From NCBI RefSeq assembly GCF_009914755.1, contig NC_060927.1: DNA of 64,000 nt; one strand, written 5' to 3'. Both the position numbers and the translations under genes were made by a program. Every line of letters starts with the position of its first letter. Position 1 is the stretch's first letter. The notes beneath the pieces were generated by a model. It was not told the DNA's origin. It did no database searches and saw only the letters and a program-made list of their open reading frames with translations. Shown one piece after another: positions 1 to 12,543 of this stretch. The stretch is from the human T2T-CHM13v2.0 reference genome, Homo sapiens.

Positions 1-1230
1 GTGGTCGGATAATTGGTTAGCCACATGTAGAAGAATGAGACTGGATCTTCATCTCTCACTTTATACAAAAATCAACTCAAGATTAATCAAAGACTTAAAT
101 CTAAGACCTGAAACCATAAAGATTCTAGAAGATAACATCAGAAAAACCCTTCTAGACACTAGCTTAGGCAAAGACTTCATGACCAAGAACCCAAAAGCAA
201 ATGCAACAAAAATAAAGATAAATAGATGGGACTTAATTAAACTAAAAAGCTTCTGCACAGCAAAAGAAACAATCAGCAGAGTTAACAGACAACCCACAGA
301 GTGGGAGAAAATCTTCATAATCTATATATACAACCAACAAAGGACTAATATCCAGAATCTACAAAGAATTCAAATCAGCAAGAAAAAAAACAATCCCATC
401 AAAAAGTAGGCTAAGGACATGAACAGACAATTCTCAAAATAAGATGTACAAATGGACAACAAGCATATGAAAAAATGCTCAACATCATTAATGATCAGGG
501 AAATGCAAACCAAAACCACAATGCAATATCTCCTACAAGAATGGCCATAATCAAAAAATAAAAAGTAATAAATGTTGGCATGAATACAGTGAAAAGGGAA
601 TACTTTTACACTGTTGGTGGGAATGTAAACTAGTACAACCACTATAGAAAACAGTGTGGAGATTCCTTAAATAACTAAAAATAGATCCACCCCAATCCAG
701 CAATCCCACTACTAGGTATCTCCCCAGAGGAAAAGAAATTATTATACGAAAAAGATACTTGTAAATGCATGTTTATAGCAGCACAATTTGCAACTGCATA
801 AATATGGAACCAGCCCAAATGCCCATCAACCAACGAGTGGATAAAGAAAATGTGGTGTATATACCATGGAATACTACTCAGCCATAAAAAGAAACGAAAT
901 AATGGCATCCGCAGCGACCTGGATGGAACTGGAGACCACTGGAGACATTAAGTAAGGTAACTCAGGAATGGAAAACCAAACATTGTATGTCCTCACTCAT
1001 AACTGGGAGCTAAACTATGAGGAGGCAAAGGTGTAAGAATGACTTTGGGGACATGGGGGAAAGGATGGGGGGGAAGGATGGGAGGGGAGTGAGGGATAAA
1101 AGACTACACATTGGGTACAGTGTAGTGCTCAGGTGATGGGTGCACTAAAATCTCAGTAATTACCACTAAAGAACTTATTTATGTAACCAAACACCACCTG
1201 TCCCCCAAAAACATATTGAAATAAAAAAAA
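1..1230 (+). mobile_element. LINE-1 3' end (ORF2 C-terminus and 3'UTR), L1PB-like
   Basis: ORF2-like peptide [49 protein letters not shown]; G-rich 3'UTR; ends in aataaaaaaaa; frameshifted. Confidence 0.93.
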
Positions 1231-1589
1231 TTAAATGTGACAAAGTTCTAAAACAAACAATACAACCAACCAAACAAAAATATTATACAACATTAAATTC
1301 ATCCCCCAAGGAGCTTCTGTTCTAGGAAGACACCCTTCTCCCCCAGGCTCCTGTGGCTTGCCATGGACAAGGGGGGAATAAACTGTCCTGTTGCTCTCTC
1401 TGACTCTGGAGTCCAGGGAGTCCTGCCTGAGGATTCTGAGGAAGTTGTGATTTCAAGGATTCACCTGCCTCTTTTTAGCTAGGAGAGTAGGAGACCTGGT
1501 TTAAATCATTTTTGTTTGAAGGAAGTGCCTCTGCTTCTGGCTGATGGCCACTCCTCTCTTCCTGAAAGCAATCTGAGATAAAATACTTT

Positions 1590-1735
1590 AAAAAGAAGGA
1601 AGGAAAGAAGAAAGGAGGGAGAGGAGCAAGGAAGCAAAAGAGAAAGCAAGAAGGAAGGAAGAAGGAAGGGAAATAAAGAGGAAGAAAGGAGGAAAGGGGA
1701 AGGGGAAGGGAAAGGAAAGGGAAGGAAGGAAAGAC
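1590..1735. repeat. GA-rich polypurine/polypyrimidine low-complexity tract
   Basis: About 145 nt almost entirely A/G (ggaa, gaag, gggaa units). Confidence 0.9.
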
Positions 1736-1960
1736 ATCTTGATAACTGAGGGAGTCTTGGCTTTGCATATGGAGCCAGCAACACCTGATCTGAGAAACTT
1801 AAATGTCCCCTCAAAATAGAGAAAAAGGGGACCTCACTGTGTGCTGGGTCTCTGCAGGTGGGCTCATTCTCATGCAAAGGTTTCTCTTCCTTGGTAGGAA
1901 TTCAGGCTGCTCCATGGTGTCTGAGAAAACGGGCTTTTTGAAAGTTGTGTGTAGGTGTGT

Positions 1961-1962
<2 letters not shown>

Positions 1963-2002
<40 letters not shown>
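1963..2002. repeat. (GT)20 microsatellite
   Basis: Perfect GT dinucleotide run of 40 nt. Confidence 0.97.
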
Positions 2003-2003
<1 letters not shown>

Positions 2004-2316
2004 TCCAAATCAGCTACCTCTGGGAAGGAGGCAGGGAGAATGAGCAGGGGTCATGCCTGGGCTGCCCTGACAGCTCCTCAGTCCCAGCAACCCACATGCA
2101 TCCCTGGACTCTACAGGTGGTCCTGCTGAGGGAAAGGGGGTTCAACCTGGAGAAAGCCGCCTATGAGTAAGGGTGGGGCTTTCCTAGGGGCAGGACTGAA
2201 GCCTGGGATCTCCACTGGGAGGACAGAGGGCCAATCTCGAAATGGGAAAGAGAATTAGGAACTTGAGGGTGCCCTGATGTGGTTGTTTTCTTCACTGGAC
2301 TCTAGGAACCGTCATA

Positions 2317-2632
2317 CAGTCATATGTCCCTTAACGATGGGACACGTTCTGAGAACTGTATTGTCAGGCAATTTTGTTGCACTGTCAACATCACAGAGTG
2401 CACTTATATGGACCTAGGTGACACAGCATACTACACTCCTAGGCTGCATGGTGTAGCCCACTGCTGCTAGGCTGCGAATCTGCCCAGCACGTTACTGTAC
2501 TGAACACTATAGGTGACTATATGGGAAGTATCTGTGTATCTAAACATAGAAAAGTACAGTAATCATCATTGGGACCACCATCATATATGTGGTCCGTCAT
2601 TGACCAAAACGTCGTCACACAGTGCGTGACTG
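2317..2632 (-). mobile_element. Tigger3a/MER7-like DNA transposon (TcMar-Tigger)
   Basis: CAGTCA...TGACTG terminal inverted repeats, TA on the left flank, internal Tigger3-like motifs (ggtccgtcattgaccaaaacgtcg). Confidence 0.85.
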
Positions 2633-5600
2633 CACTTGGTGTCCAGCTTTAAAGTCTCCCTTCTAGCTGTAATTGCCCCTTATCACTCCCATGTCTCCAG
2701 CCTCATCTTGGGGTGCTGGGCGGCAGGGAGAGCTTGAGGAGGGCAGGAGGGAGAGCACTGTCAGGTGGAGGTGATGGCTGAGATTTCTAGATCATGGTTT
2801 GTGGCAGAGGCCCTACACGCAGCTGGGAGCAGTCTATAGCTGGGGCTAAGTGAGGAGTAGACATGAGATCCCCTTTCCATTTTTCCCCAGATATTCTAAA
2901 GAAAGGTCTGTGAAGAGAGACGGCAGCTTCTGGGGCTATGTGAGGCATCACTGAACACCATAAACACTGTGGTTCTCAGTGGAAGCCATTTCAGGATCAA
3001 CAGAGGTGTCAACGGCTCACTTCCAAGTGGCTGGTACTAGGCACTGCCCCTTCTGTGGGGGAGCTCCTCTGCTGAGGGAGTTCACAGGTGGCAGGACAGC
3101 CCCTTTCCTCTGATGGTTTGGTGCACCTGCCCTAGCAGAAGTCCCCGAGTGGCTAAGTCCTGTGGTCCACCCTGTGCTGGGCTTGTACCCCCAGGGAGAG
3201 GCTTCCTGTGGAGATCTGAGACTTGGTTTACATATACTAAGGGGACATGTCTGTGTTTTTCCAATTTCTTTTTTTCCTGACAATCCTAAATTGGATATTC
3301 ACCTTTCTTAGAGGAATAGGTTATAATGGCACACAAAAAGAAATACATGCAGGAAGGCTTTATCTGTGAAAAGTAAATTACTTTTTCACAAACATGTGCA
3401 CTCTAGGTTTTTGAGAGCAAAGAAATGAAAGACCCTGGTGTGATCAGAACACAGGGCCTGGATGCAGAAATTGGGGCATTTGTGACTAACAACCCCTGTG
3501 TACAGCCTTGTCAAACCACACCAGGTTCCTCCTGAGTGTGCAAGTGCTTCAGGAGAGAGCTGGCCTGTGGTGTGTGTGTCGGCATTGGTGGGCTGAGATA
3601 GGGTTTTGAGAACTGCAGTGATTATAGAGTTTCACTGGAATCAACCATGAACTCGGTCCCTGTTGGCAGCCAGCATTATGCACACACCCCAGCTGGCTAT
3701 GAAGAGCGGCGCTCCCAGGGTGACAGGCTGTGGCCCTGGGAGATGGCATGTGTGAATGCATGGCCTTATCCCTGTGTTCCTGACCACATTCCGAAGGCTC
3801 TTTTGTTTTCTTACCAAGATAATGGAAATATAACTGCAGCTAGTTTCTTACTCTCTATGCAATATCATAGGCTCACACTTTGATCACCTAATGGATATTA
3901 AAAAGTTCTGATTTTTCCTAGGCTCTGAGAAAACTAAGAAAAACTTTAAGTACATGGGTGAACTTGGAAGATGTTTTTGGTTCTTTAGGTAAGACCAATA
4001 TTACCAAACTTAGATATGTTACTGAAAAAAACTAATGTTTCTGAATTCACAAAGAGGATAAAGGCTAGAACCTAAAATGTTATGGTTCATTCTACACAGC
4101 ACATTCAGAAGAGTATGCAAAATACTAAGAGAAGTAGTAAAACACATTTCACAAAATCACTATGGAAAGAAGCTAGTCCCAAATACTATCTTCATGCCAA
4201 TTCCTCACTGCTTCTAAGTCTAAAGTTGCAGCTGTACTATATACTGAGAGCAGCAATGGCTTCTTTCTCTGTTCCCATCACACAAACCTTTTCAGAAACT
4301 GGAAAGTTCTATAAAGATGGCATCTAGCCCATGTTACTGGTACTCTTTGGAAGGGAGATCACAGTCACAGATTAGGTTAAACTGTTAGCTAGCATGATCC
4401 TGCTTAAACCATATGGCTGCAGACAAATGAACAAAAGTTGTGAAATCTAGAGTGTTAGAACTCTACCTCCTTGCTTTGCTTTTCAGAAACATGAGCTGAT
4501 CCACCCAACAGGTGTTGAAGTAAATATGCCTTCAAATATTTAGTCCTTCATCTAACATTACTAGTGCTTTCTTATATGAAGCCAAGAACAGCAGAGAGCA
4601 CAAGAGATAAGCTGTTTGCTAACAGGAAATCCCTTGGTAAAAGTTATAAAATATAGATGATTTTATCCTGCTACCCTGAAAGACCTCCAAGTCATTTTGT
4701 TAAAAGGACATGAAATAAATGTTTTAGGAGCTCATGGTCAGCTTTCAGTGGGTGATTCTGTGTTACCTAGCAAAGCCCACAGCTGATTCACAGTTAACTT
4801 GGATGGATCTAGGAGAAGAAAGCAAACCAATATTTCCGTAAGTCATTTCAGAGAAGTCAAACAAACAAGCTTGCACCAAATAAATAACCATGCAACTGTA
4901 TTGGGTTGTGTTTATTTTATTGCCCTTTGAACCAAGCATTCCAGATAAGTATGTAGCAAAGCACATGGATAAATGCTCTTACTTATGTAAACCTGATTAA
5001 AAGGGCATGAAAACCAATGGAAAGGAAGATAAAGACATCCACAATGACTTAACAAAATAAGCTCAAGGATAAAAACTACCATTCTTATTTTCAAAAAGGA
5101 ACTGGTATCAGTATCAAGACTTCCTCAGTGCCCTCGGAAAAGCCAGTCACTCCTATGCGTGTTCCGGGCTGGGAGGAAGTGATGGCTGACCACAGAGGAA
5201 AGCACGTACTAGACGGAAATGGAACAAAACAAAACAAAACAAAACAGCGGGTTGAGTCAGAGCCTAAAGGCCTTGACTCAATGAGAGGACAACTCTTTCC
5301 AAACAAAACCTTCATCAGGTACAAATGTGCATCACCAACAGTCATACGCAAGAAAGGAACTCTGCCAACAGTTTTTAAAGTCCTGGCATCCAGGGAAAGT
5401 TCTTCATTCTTAGGGAAGTAGGGTCTCACACGAACCCCACCTATGGTATTTAAAATGTGCTGAGGAATGTGCAGTCCCTGGGAGAGTGTGGGAGACACCC
5501 AAACTTCCAGCCACCAAACTGACACACCTGGACTGGACGTTGAGCCCACCACCTCTGGGTCTCCTCTCCCACTTCTCTACAGCTCCCTCCCCTCCTCCTT

Positions 5601-6144
5601 CCCCACTGCCCTTCTGGCTGGGAACCTTAGTGCAGAGCCACTGCACAGGCTGTGCAGGCAGCTCTGGGAAAATCACAGATGCCTCTCTTGGCTCTCACTC
5701 CCAACCTCTGTGCCCAGTACACTGAACAGTAGCAGGTTTTTTGTTTCAGGGTCCTCCCATTTGAGAGTTCTGTGGCTTTGCACAAACCCATGCATTCCTA
5801 TCACTCTTTGAAGGCACAGTTCATGTGCCACATCTTCTATGAAGCCTCCTTAGCCCGCCACAGGTGCTCCATTCTGTGGTCCCACTGGGCTGCACCCCAT
5901 GAGCAGAGGACCCAGTGTGGGAGCTGACATGGCCCTGTTTGTTGGTCTCCCCATATCTGAGATGTGGCACAAAATTGGGGGTGAGCCAGAAGACTTATGG
6001 GGAGGACTTATGTACAGTAACCACAAACAGATCTTTGAGGGGTCTCTTCTGCCCTTGGCTTCAAAATTAGACTCAAAAGTGCAACTAGCAATTTCAGATG
6101 CTCTATGAAGACAACTTTATGAGTAGAATGAGTGTATTCTCACG

Positions 6145-6485
6145 CAGTGTGTTCCTAACCTTGCTGATCAGTAATCAGAACGGATCTAAGGATAAAAATA
6201 AGTTTCTCAGGTCCCACTTGCAATTCTCATTTAGTAGGTCTGGGGAGGAGTATAAGAATTTCTTTTTCAAAATTTTAACTTTGACATTATCTTACAGAAA
6301 AAATTATAAGCATAGTAAAAAGGAGTCCTGAATACCCTCACTCAGATTTACCAATGGCTGACATTCACCCCATTTGCTTGATCACTCTCTCTGCAGCATG
6401 TTTTCTGAACTATCTGAGGGTAAGCTGCAGACATTATGCCCTTTTACAACCACTCATGTCAGCGTATATTTCTAAAACAAGGACT
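6145..6485. mobile_element. MER5-like hAT fragment followed by an old L1M 3'-end fragment (minus)
   Basis: ttagtaggtctgggg MER5 motif, then ctgagggtaagctgcagacattatgcccttt, typical of L1MC/MD 3' ends. Confidence 0.55.
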
Positions 6486-6778
6486 ACAGGAGAATGTTCC
6501 CTAAATGATTTTGAAAGGTGAAGTGATAATCAGTTTCCTAGTTTATCAAACTTCTCAAACTGTATCAAAATGATAAAATTCAGAAAATATCAAAAACAGA
6601 CGGGAAGTTCTAAAGTATTACTGCAGAACAATAAAGCTGCAACTGACTATTCTGAGGAAAAAAACATATAAGGATGAATGCATGAATTCTTTTGTTCATG
6701 AAACAAAAATTATTTCCATGAGTTGGAACAGAACACTACCATATAAGAAGTATTCAACTTTGCTGAATTTAGGGTTTA

Positions 6779-7268
6779 TAGTAGGCAGCCTCTAAATGGC
6801 CCCAAGGATCCCTGTGCCTCCTGGGATTCACTCCTTTGTGGAATCCCCTACTCTTGAGTGTGGATTGCACCTAGTGACTCATTTCTAACCAACAGAATAC
6901 AGTAAAAGCGACAGGCTCACTTCTGAGTTTACAGAGGCTATGGTTTCCATCTTGGGTGCACCTTCGCTCATTTGCTAGCTGTGATGGAAGCCATGTTGTG
7001 GGTGGCCCTGAGGAGAGGTCCCATAGTGGTGAGGAACTGGTATCTTCAGCCAGCAGCCAGGGGAGTGAGCCTGGAAATGGATCCTCCCTAAGGTGAGCCT
7101 TGAGATGCCTGCAGCCTCAGCCATCACCTTGACTGTGGCCTTGAGAGAGATCCTGAGTCAGAGGCACTGAAGTAAGCCATGTGTAGATTCAAAGAAACTG
7201 TGAGAGAGCAAATGTTTGTCATAAGCTGTGAAGTCTGGGGGTAATTTGTTACCTAGCAATAGATAATA
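6779..7268 (+). mobile_element. MLT1F-like solo LTR (ERVL-MaLR)
   Basis: Start taggcagcctctaaatggcccc and end ggggtaatttgttacctagcaatagataa match MLT1 termini. Confidence 0.8.
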
Positions 7269-8009
7269 TGGGATGGGTGATATCTACCTAGATCTAAGAT
7301 ACTCTAGTATCACAAAAACTCATTTTAAGTAAAACTACACCTGATTTCATGGAGCTTCTGGTCAGTGGAGTAATAAAGGATCACAGGGTCCTCACCAGAG
7401 AGGCAGGAGGTGGGCCCTCTCCCTCCTGTCTCCTGATTATTTAACTTCTCTCTCTCAACTGAATCTTTCTCACTGACTTTAAAAAAAAATTTTATTGTTA
7501 AAATACAAGTACATAGTTTTTAAAAAGTCAAATCAAGCAGTATAAAAATACTGTGAAAAAAACATTTACCCACACTTTTATTCCCCCAGTTCCCCATCTT
7601 AGCAGCAATTTTCTTGATCATTCTTTCAGTGTGTGTGGTTTAAAAAAATAAATATCAGTGTAGGATACCTCTGGAACATCTATCCTCTTGTTTTTAATAC
7701 AAAGAATGGCAATAATATATCCTGTTCTGCATCTTGCAAAATCAGCCTGATAAATCATGGAGATGATCCCATATCAGGAACTGTAGAAAGCTCTTTTTAT
7801 TTAGAATGGCTGCAATAATTCCATTGTATGGACAAGAGAATTCATTTAACCAGTGCTCTGAACCAGGCTATTTAGGTTGTTTTTAAACCATTGCTGCTCA
7901 CACACGTGTGTTTATCCCCTTATATATATGTGAGTAAATCTAAGGGACAAATTCCTAGAATTCGGCTATTGCCCACTGGCTATTAAACATACACACTAGT
8001 TTCTCTTAT

Positions 8010-8990
8010 TAAACCTACAAACAAAGCCCTCTTCTCCACTCCTCATCCCTGCTCACTCTTCAGTCGACATTCTATTTCTCTCCTCTCTTTTCCAGCCAAA
8101 TGCATTTAAGTTGTCTATCCTGGTTGCTTTTTCAACTCTAGCTCCCCAAACCACTCCACATTGGCTCCTGGCCCTGTTCATCCACTAAAATAGCTCCCTC
8201 TAGGGTCACCCGTGACCGCCATATTGTTAAATCCAAGGGGGCATTTCCTGGTCCTCATTTTGCTTAGTGCAACTGAGGAACTGAATTTTTAATCTGATTT
8301 AATTTGAACTAATTTAAATCCAAATAGGCACAGATGGCCACAGGCTACTGTGGACAGTGAGGCTCTATGTGCTCTCCCTGAGAGAGACCATGCACACCCA
8401 TGGCCTCAGCCACATCTACATGCAGATCATGCACATGTCTTTATTCCAGCCCAGACTTTCCTCTGAATTCTACACTCACATAACCAATGCCTACCTCATA
8501 TTTCCCTTGGATGTTAATAAATTAACAACACTAAATTCAAGATCATCTTCCGAAGCAAGGCTATCCTTCCATCAAGTGAAGTGCACAGCCATTCACCCCA
8601 GAGCATGGCTCTGGAGCCTCGGAAAACCAAGATTGGTTTTGATTGACTTGATCTCCTAATCATTTCTCAAATTTGTCTACTTCTCTACATTTTGACCACC
8701 TTCACATAAATCCATCACAGAAACTCCTGGAACCATCTTCTTACTGGTTTACTTATACCCTCTCTGGCCACATCCCCAATCTGTCTTTTTTGATGTAACC
8801 TAAACATAAATCTAAAGATGATACACGTACGCTCAAGCCCCTTCGGTGGCTTCCTGGGCTTTTGGGATAAAGGCAACAGCCCTGTGTGCAAGGCTCCTTC
8901 CTGCAAATCCCTGGCCAACTCTCCATAGCCCTCCTCTCTTTCCCTCCAGCCACACTGGTCTCCATGTCTCCTGCATTTACCATGGGCACA
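8010..8990 (+). mobile_element. L2 fragment interrupted by a MER3/MER33-like hAT fragment (~8260-8357)
   Basis: Pyrimidine-rich L2 motifs (ccagccacactggtctcc; ccagactttcctctgaattct); MER3-like aactgaggaactgaatttttaa. Confidence 0.65.
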
Positions 8991-11140
8991 TATTTTCATT
9001 TCTTTTTTATTCTTTTCCCAGTTTTCAACATTGCCTTTTGTAACTCTGGGATGTTACAAAAGGTGATGTTGGGAAGCAAGCAAGCAAAACCCTCCTGTTA
9101 CCTACACCATGAAGGTTCCCCTTTCCAATCTCCTCCTCCAATGCTCAGAGACTTTGGTCTCTCTCTCTACCCCTAACCCCTCCATTTCCAGATCTTGGCC
9201 TTTTCCAGAGCAAGACAATGGCACCTCAAGACCCCCTCTACCTGCTGCCCAGCCCCTAATTTTTCTGCCCTATACATAAGCCTAGGAACTGAGCTAGGAG
9301 AGAATGAACACCCCTGGGGGTGGGAAAAGGCTGTGAACACTCACAGGGTATCATAACTTTTTTTTTCTGTCACTTCATTTGCATGAGAATTGGGGGAAGT
9401 TTGGGGTGGCTGGTAGGCCTGATAAGTGTTGGTAGATATGCTTTCACATCTTGGAAATCCGTGCTAATGAGACAACATCCTTCCTGTTTGGCCTCCCTGG
9501 AAGAGGGGCCTTAGACGTTGTCCCCCTCTGGTCCCTACCCCCAGGCATCACCACCTCTCATGGTCAGCAGCACATTTCCTGTGACCTGCCTATGATCTCT
9601 TCTTCTTGTACTAAGGCCTGGCAGGCAGCCACCCCTTGAAAAGTCCAGCTCTATCCTCTATGGGAAAACCTTCCTGTCATAAATATACCACCAGTAGCTC
9701 TGCATTTTTCTTTTTCCCTTGTGTCAAATTCTCCCACCCTCACCTCTTGACCCTAAGCCTCTTCAGGATATTTGTTTTCCTGGCTCCCTTCCTGAATTTT
9801 TTCCATCCTGCACAGGAATGTTTAATCTCCTCTAAAGAGTTAGAGCCTAGATCTTCTCTTCCAGTAAGAAGATGTAGAATTTATAGGAAACAGTGAAAAC
9901 GACAACAACAACGCCCTTACACTTGCATTTAGTTTTCCCATTTTACAGAATCATTTCCCATGGTAGTGAAGAAACCTAAGCAGCCTATCTTGGCACAACT
10001 GAAAAACGCAACAGTGGTTAAGAGAAGGCCACCTTGAGCTGCCCCGGGTGGAGGGGTGGGGGTGCACTTTGAAGCCCTGATCTCTAATTCTCACAGTGTT
10101 CCCATTTACAGATGTAGTAACTGACATGGGCAAGGTCCTACCACTAATAAGCTTAGGTCTTAGGGTAAAAATCTAGGAGTGCTGCTTGGCTCCAAACCAC
10201 TTTTCTTCCCAATTGCCTAAATTTCCATATCTTCTGGTATTCAAGAGAGGTCCACTCTTATGTGGCTTTTCGTAAAAAGTTTTCTTATTTTAGGAAACTA
10301 TGATTTTGCTGGACTCTTTTGCTGCTTGGCTTTTTCTCCTAGTGAAGAAAGGGTACAAGGTAAGGGGGACTGAGGTGAGAGGGAAGAGGGTGGGTAGCTG
10401 AATTCTCTAATACAGTTCATCTCCAGCCCAGAGATGGTAATAATCAATGTTATTATCAGGTAATTATCAGGGTAATTATCAGTTTTTTAACAATCAGAGG
10501 ACCCTAGGAAAGTTTTCTAGCAGATTCTCCTGCTTTTCTTTTAGCTTTCTCATTATATAGATGACAAGATTTGGAAGGGCAGAAGTTTTAAATTTTGATG
10601 AAGTGTCATTTATCGATTTGTGGATCATACGTTTATGGATCATACTTTAGGAATTGTAGCTGAGAAATCTTTGCCTAATGTAAGGTCTCAAATATTTTAA
10701 TGTAAGATCTCAAATATTTTATCTTTTTTTCTGGAAGATTTAGAATTTTAGATTTTACATCTACGTCTATAATCCATTTTGGTATGATGTGTGGGTCCAT
10801 GTTCATTTTTTTGCACATGAATATCCAATTGTTCCAGAACCGTTTATTGAAAAGACTATTCTCTACTGCATGGTCTTTGCACTTTTGTCAAAAATCAGTA
10901 GTACATACATGTGTGAGGTTATCACCGAACTCTATTCTGCTCCGTTAATCTACACTATTCCCCCCTGTATAATAAGCTTTGAAATCAAGTAGTCTTCCAA
11001 TTGTGTTCTTCTTTTTAAAAGCTTTGGCTATTCTAGGTCCTTTGCATTTCCATATGAATTTTAGAAGCAAGTTCATCAACTTCTACAAAAAAAAAAAAGC
11101 CTACTTAGATTCTTATTGGGATTATACTGAATCTATAGAA

Positions 11141-11270
11141 CAGGGGTTGGCAAAATATTATTAAAAGGCTGGACGTAAATATTTGAGGCTTTTGGGCCAT
11201 ATAGTCTCTGTCACAATGACTCAACTTTCCCACTGGGGTGCAAAAGCAGCCACAGACAACCTGCAAATGA
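11141..11270 (+). mobile_element. MER58A fragment (hAT-Charlie)
   Basis: caggggttggcaaa terminus; gtctctgtcacaatgactcaact; aaagcagccacagacaa. Confidence 0.8.
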
Positions 11271-11606
11271 CGACTTCTAGTTTCTGCAGATCCATCAGAT
11301 TTTCTGTGCAGATGATCATGTCATTTGTGAGTAGACAGTTTTTTACTTCTTCCTTTCTATTCTGAATGCCTTTTATTAATTTATTTATTTTTTTTTTTTT
11401 TTTGCTTGATGGCGCTGGCCAGAACATTCGGCATAATGTTGAAAAGAAGTGGTAGGAATAGACACCCTTTTATTGTTCCTTATACCAAGGGGAAAGCATT
11501 CAGTCTTTCATCACTAAGTATGACACCAGTTTTAGACTTTTCATAGATGCCCTTCATCAGGTTGAGGAAATTCCCAATTGCTGGATGATGTCCCATAGTT
11601 CACTAA

Positions 11607-11951
<345 letters not shown>

Positions 11952-11971
11952 CATGTTTGATAAGTTTTATT

Positions 11972-12150
11972 GTTTTTTCTTTTTTTTCCCCCAGAGACAG
12001 GGCCTTGCTCTGTCGTCCAAGCTGGAATACAGGAGTGCAATCATAGCTCACTGTAGCTCACATAGCTCAGGAGCTCAAACTCCTGAGCTCCTCCTGCCTT
12101 CACCTCCTGAATAGCTAGGCCTAAAGTGTGCACCAGCATGCCAGGTCATT
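11972..12150 (-). mobile_element. Diverged partial Alu (AluJ/FRAM-like)
   Basis: agagacagggccttgctctgtcgtccaagctggaatac motif. Confidence 0.75.
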
Positions 12151-12248
12151 TTATTGCTGTGTCTTTAAGTTTACTAATTTTTTTCTTCTGCAATGTCTAA
12201 TCTGCTGCTAATCCCATCCAGTGTATTTTTTTGTCTCAGGCATTGTAG

Positions 12249-12543
<295 letters not shown>

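Noticed and set aside
35-409. 124-aa ORF
   Set aside because: Fragment of degenerate L1 ORF2, frameshifted; not a host gene.
5091-5811. Overlapping 80-150 aa ORFs
   Set aside because: Mostly non-ATG starts, low-complexity content, no recognisable domain or exon structure.
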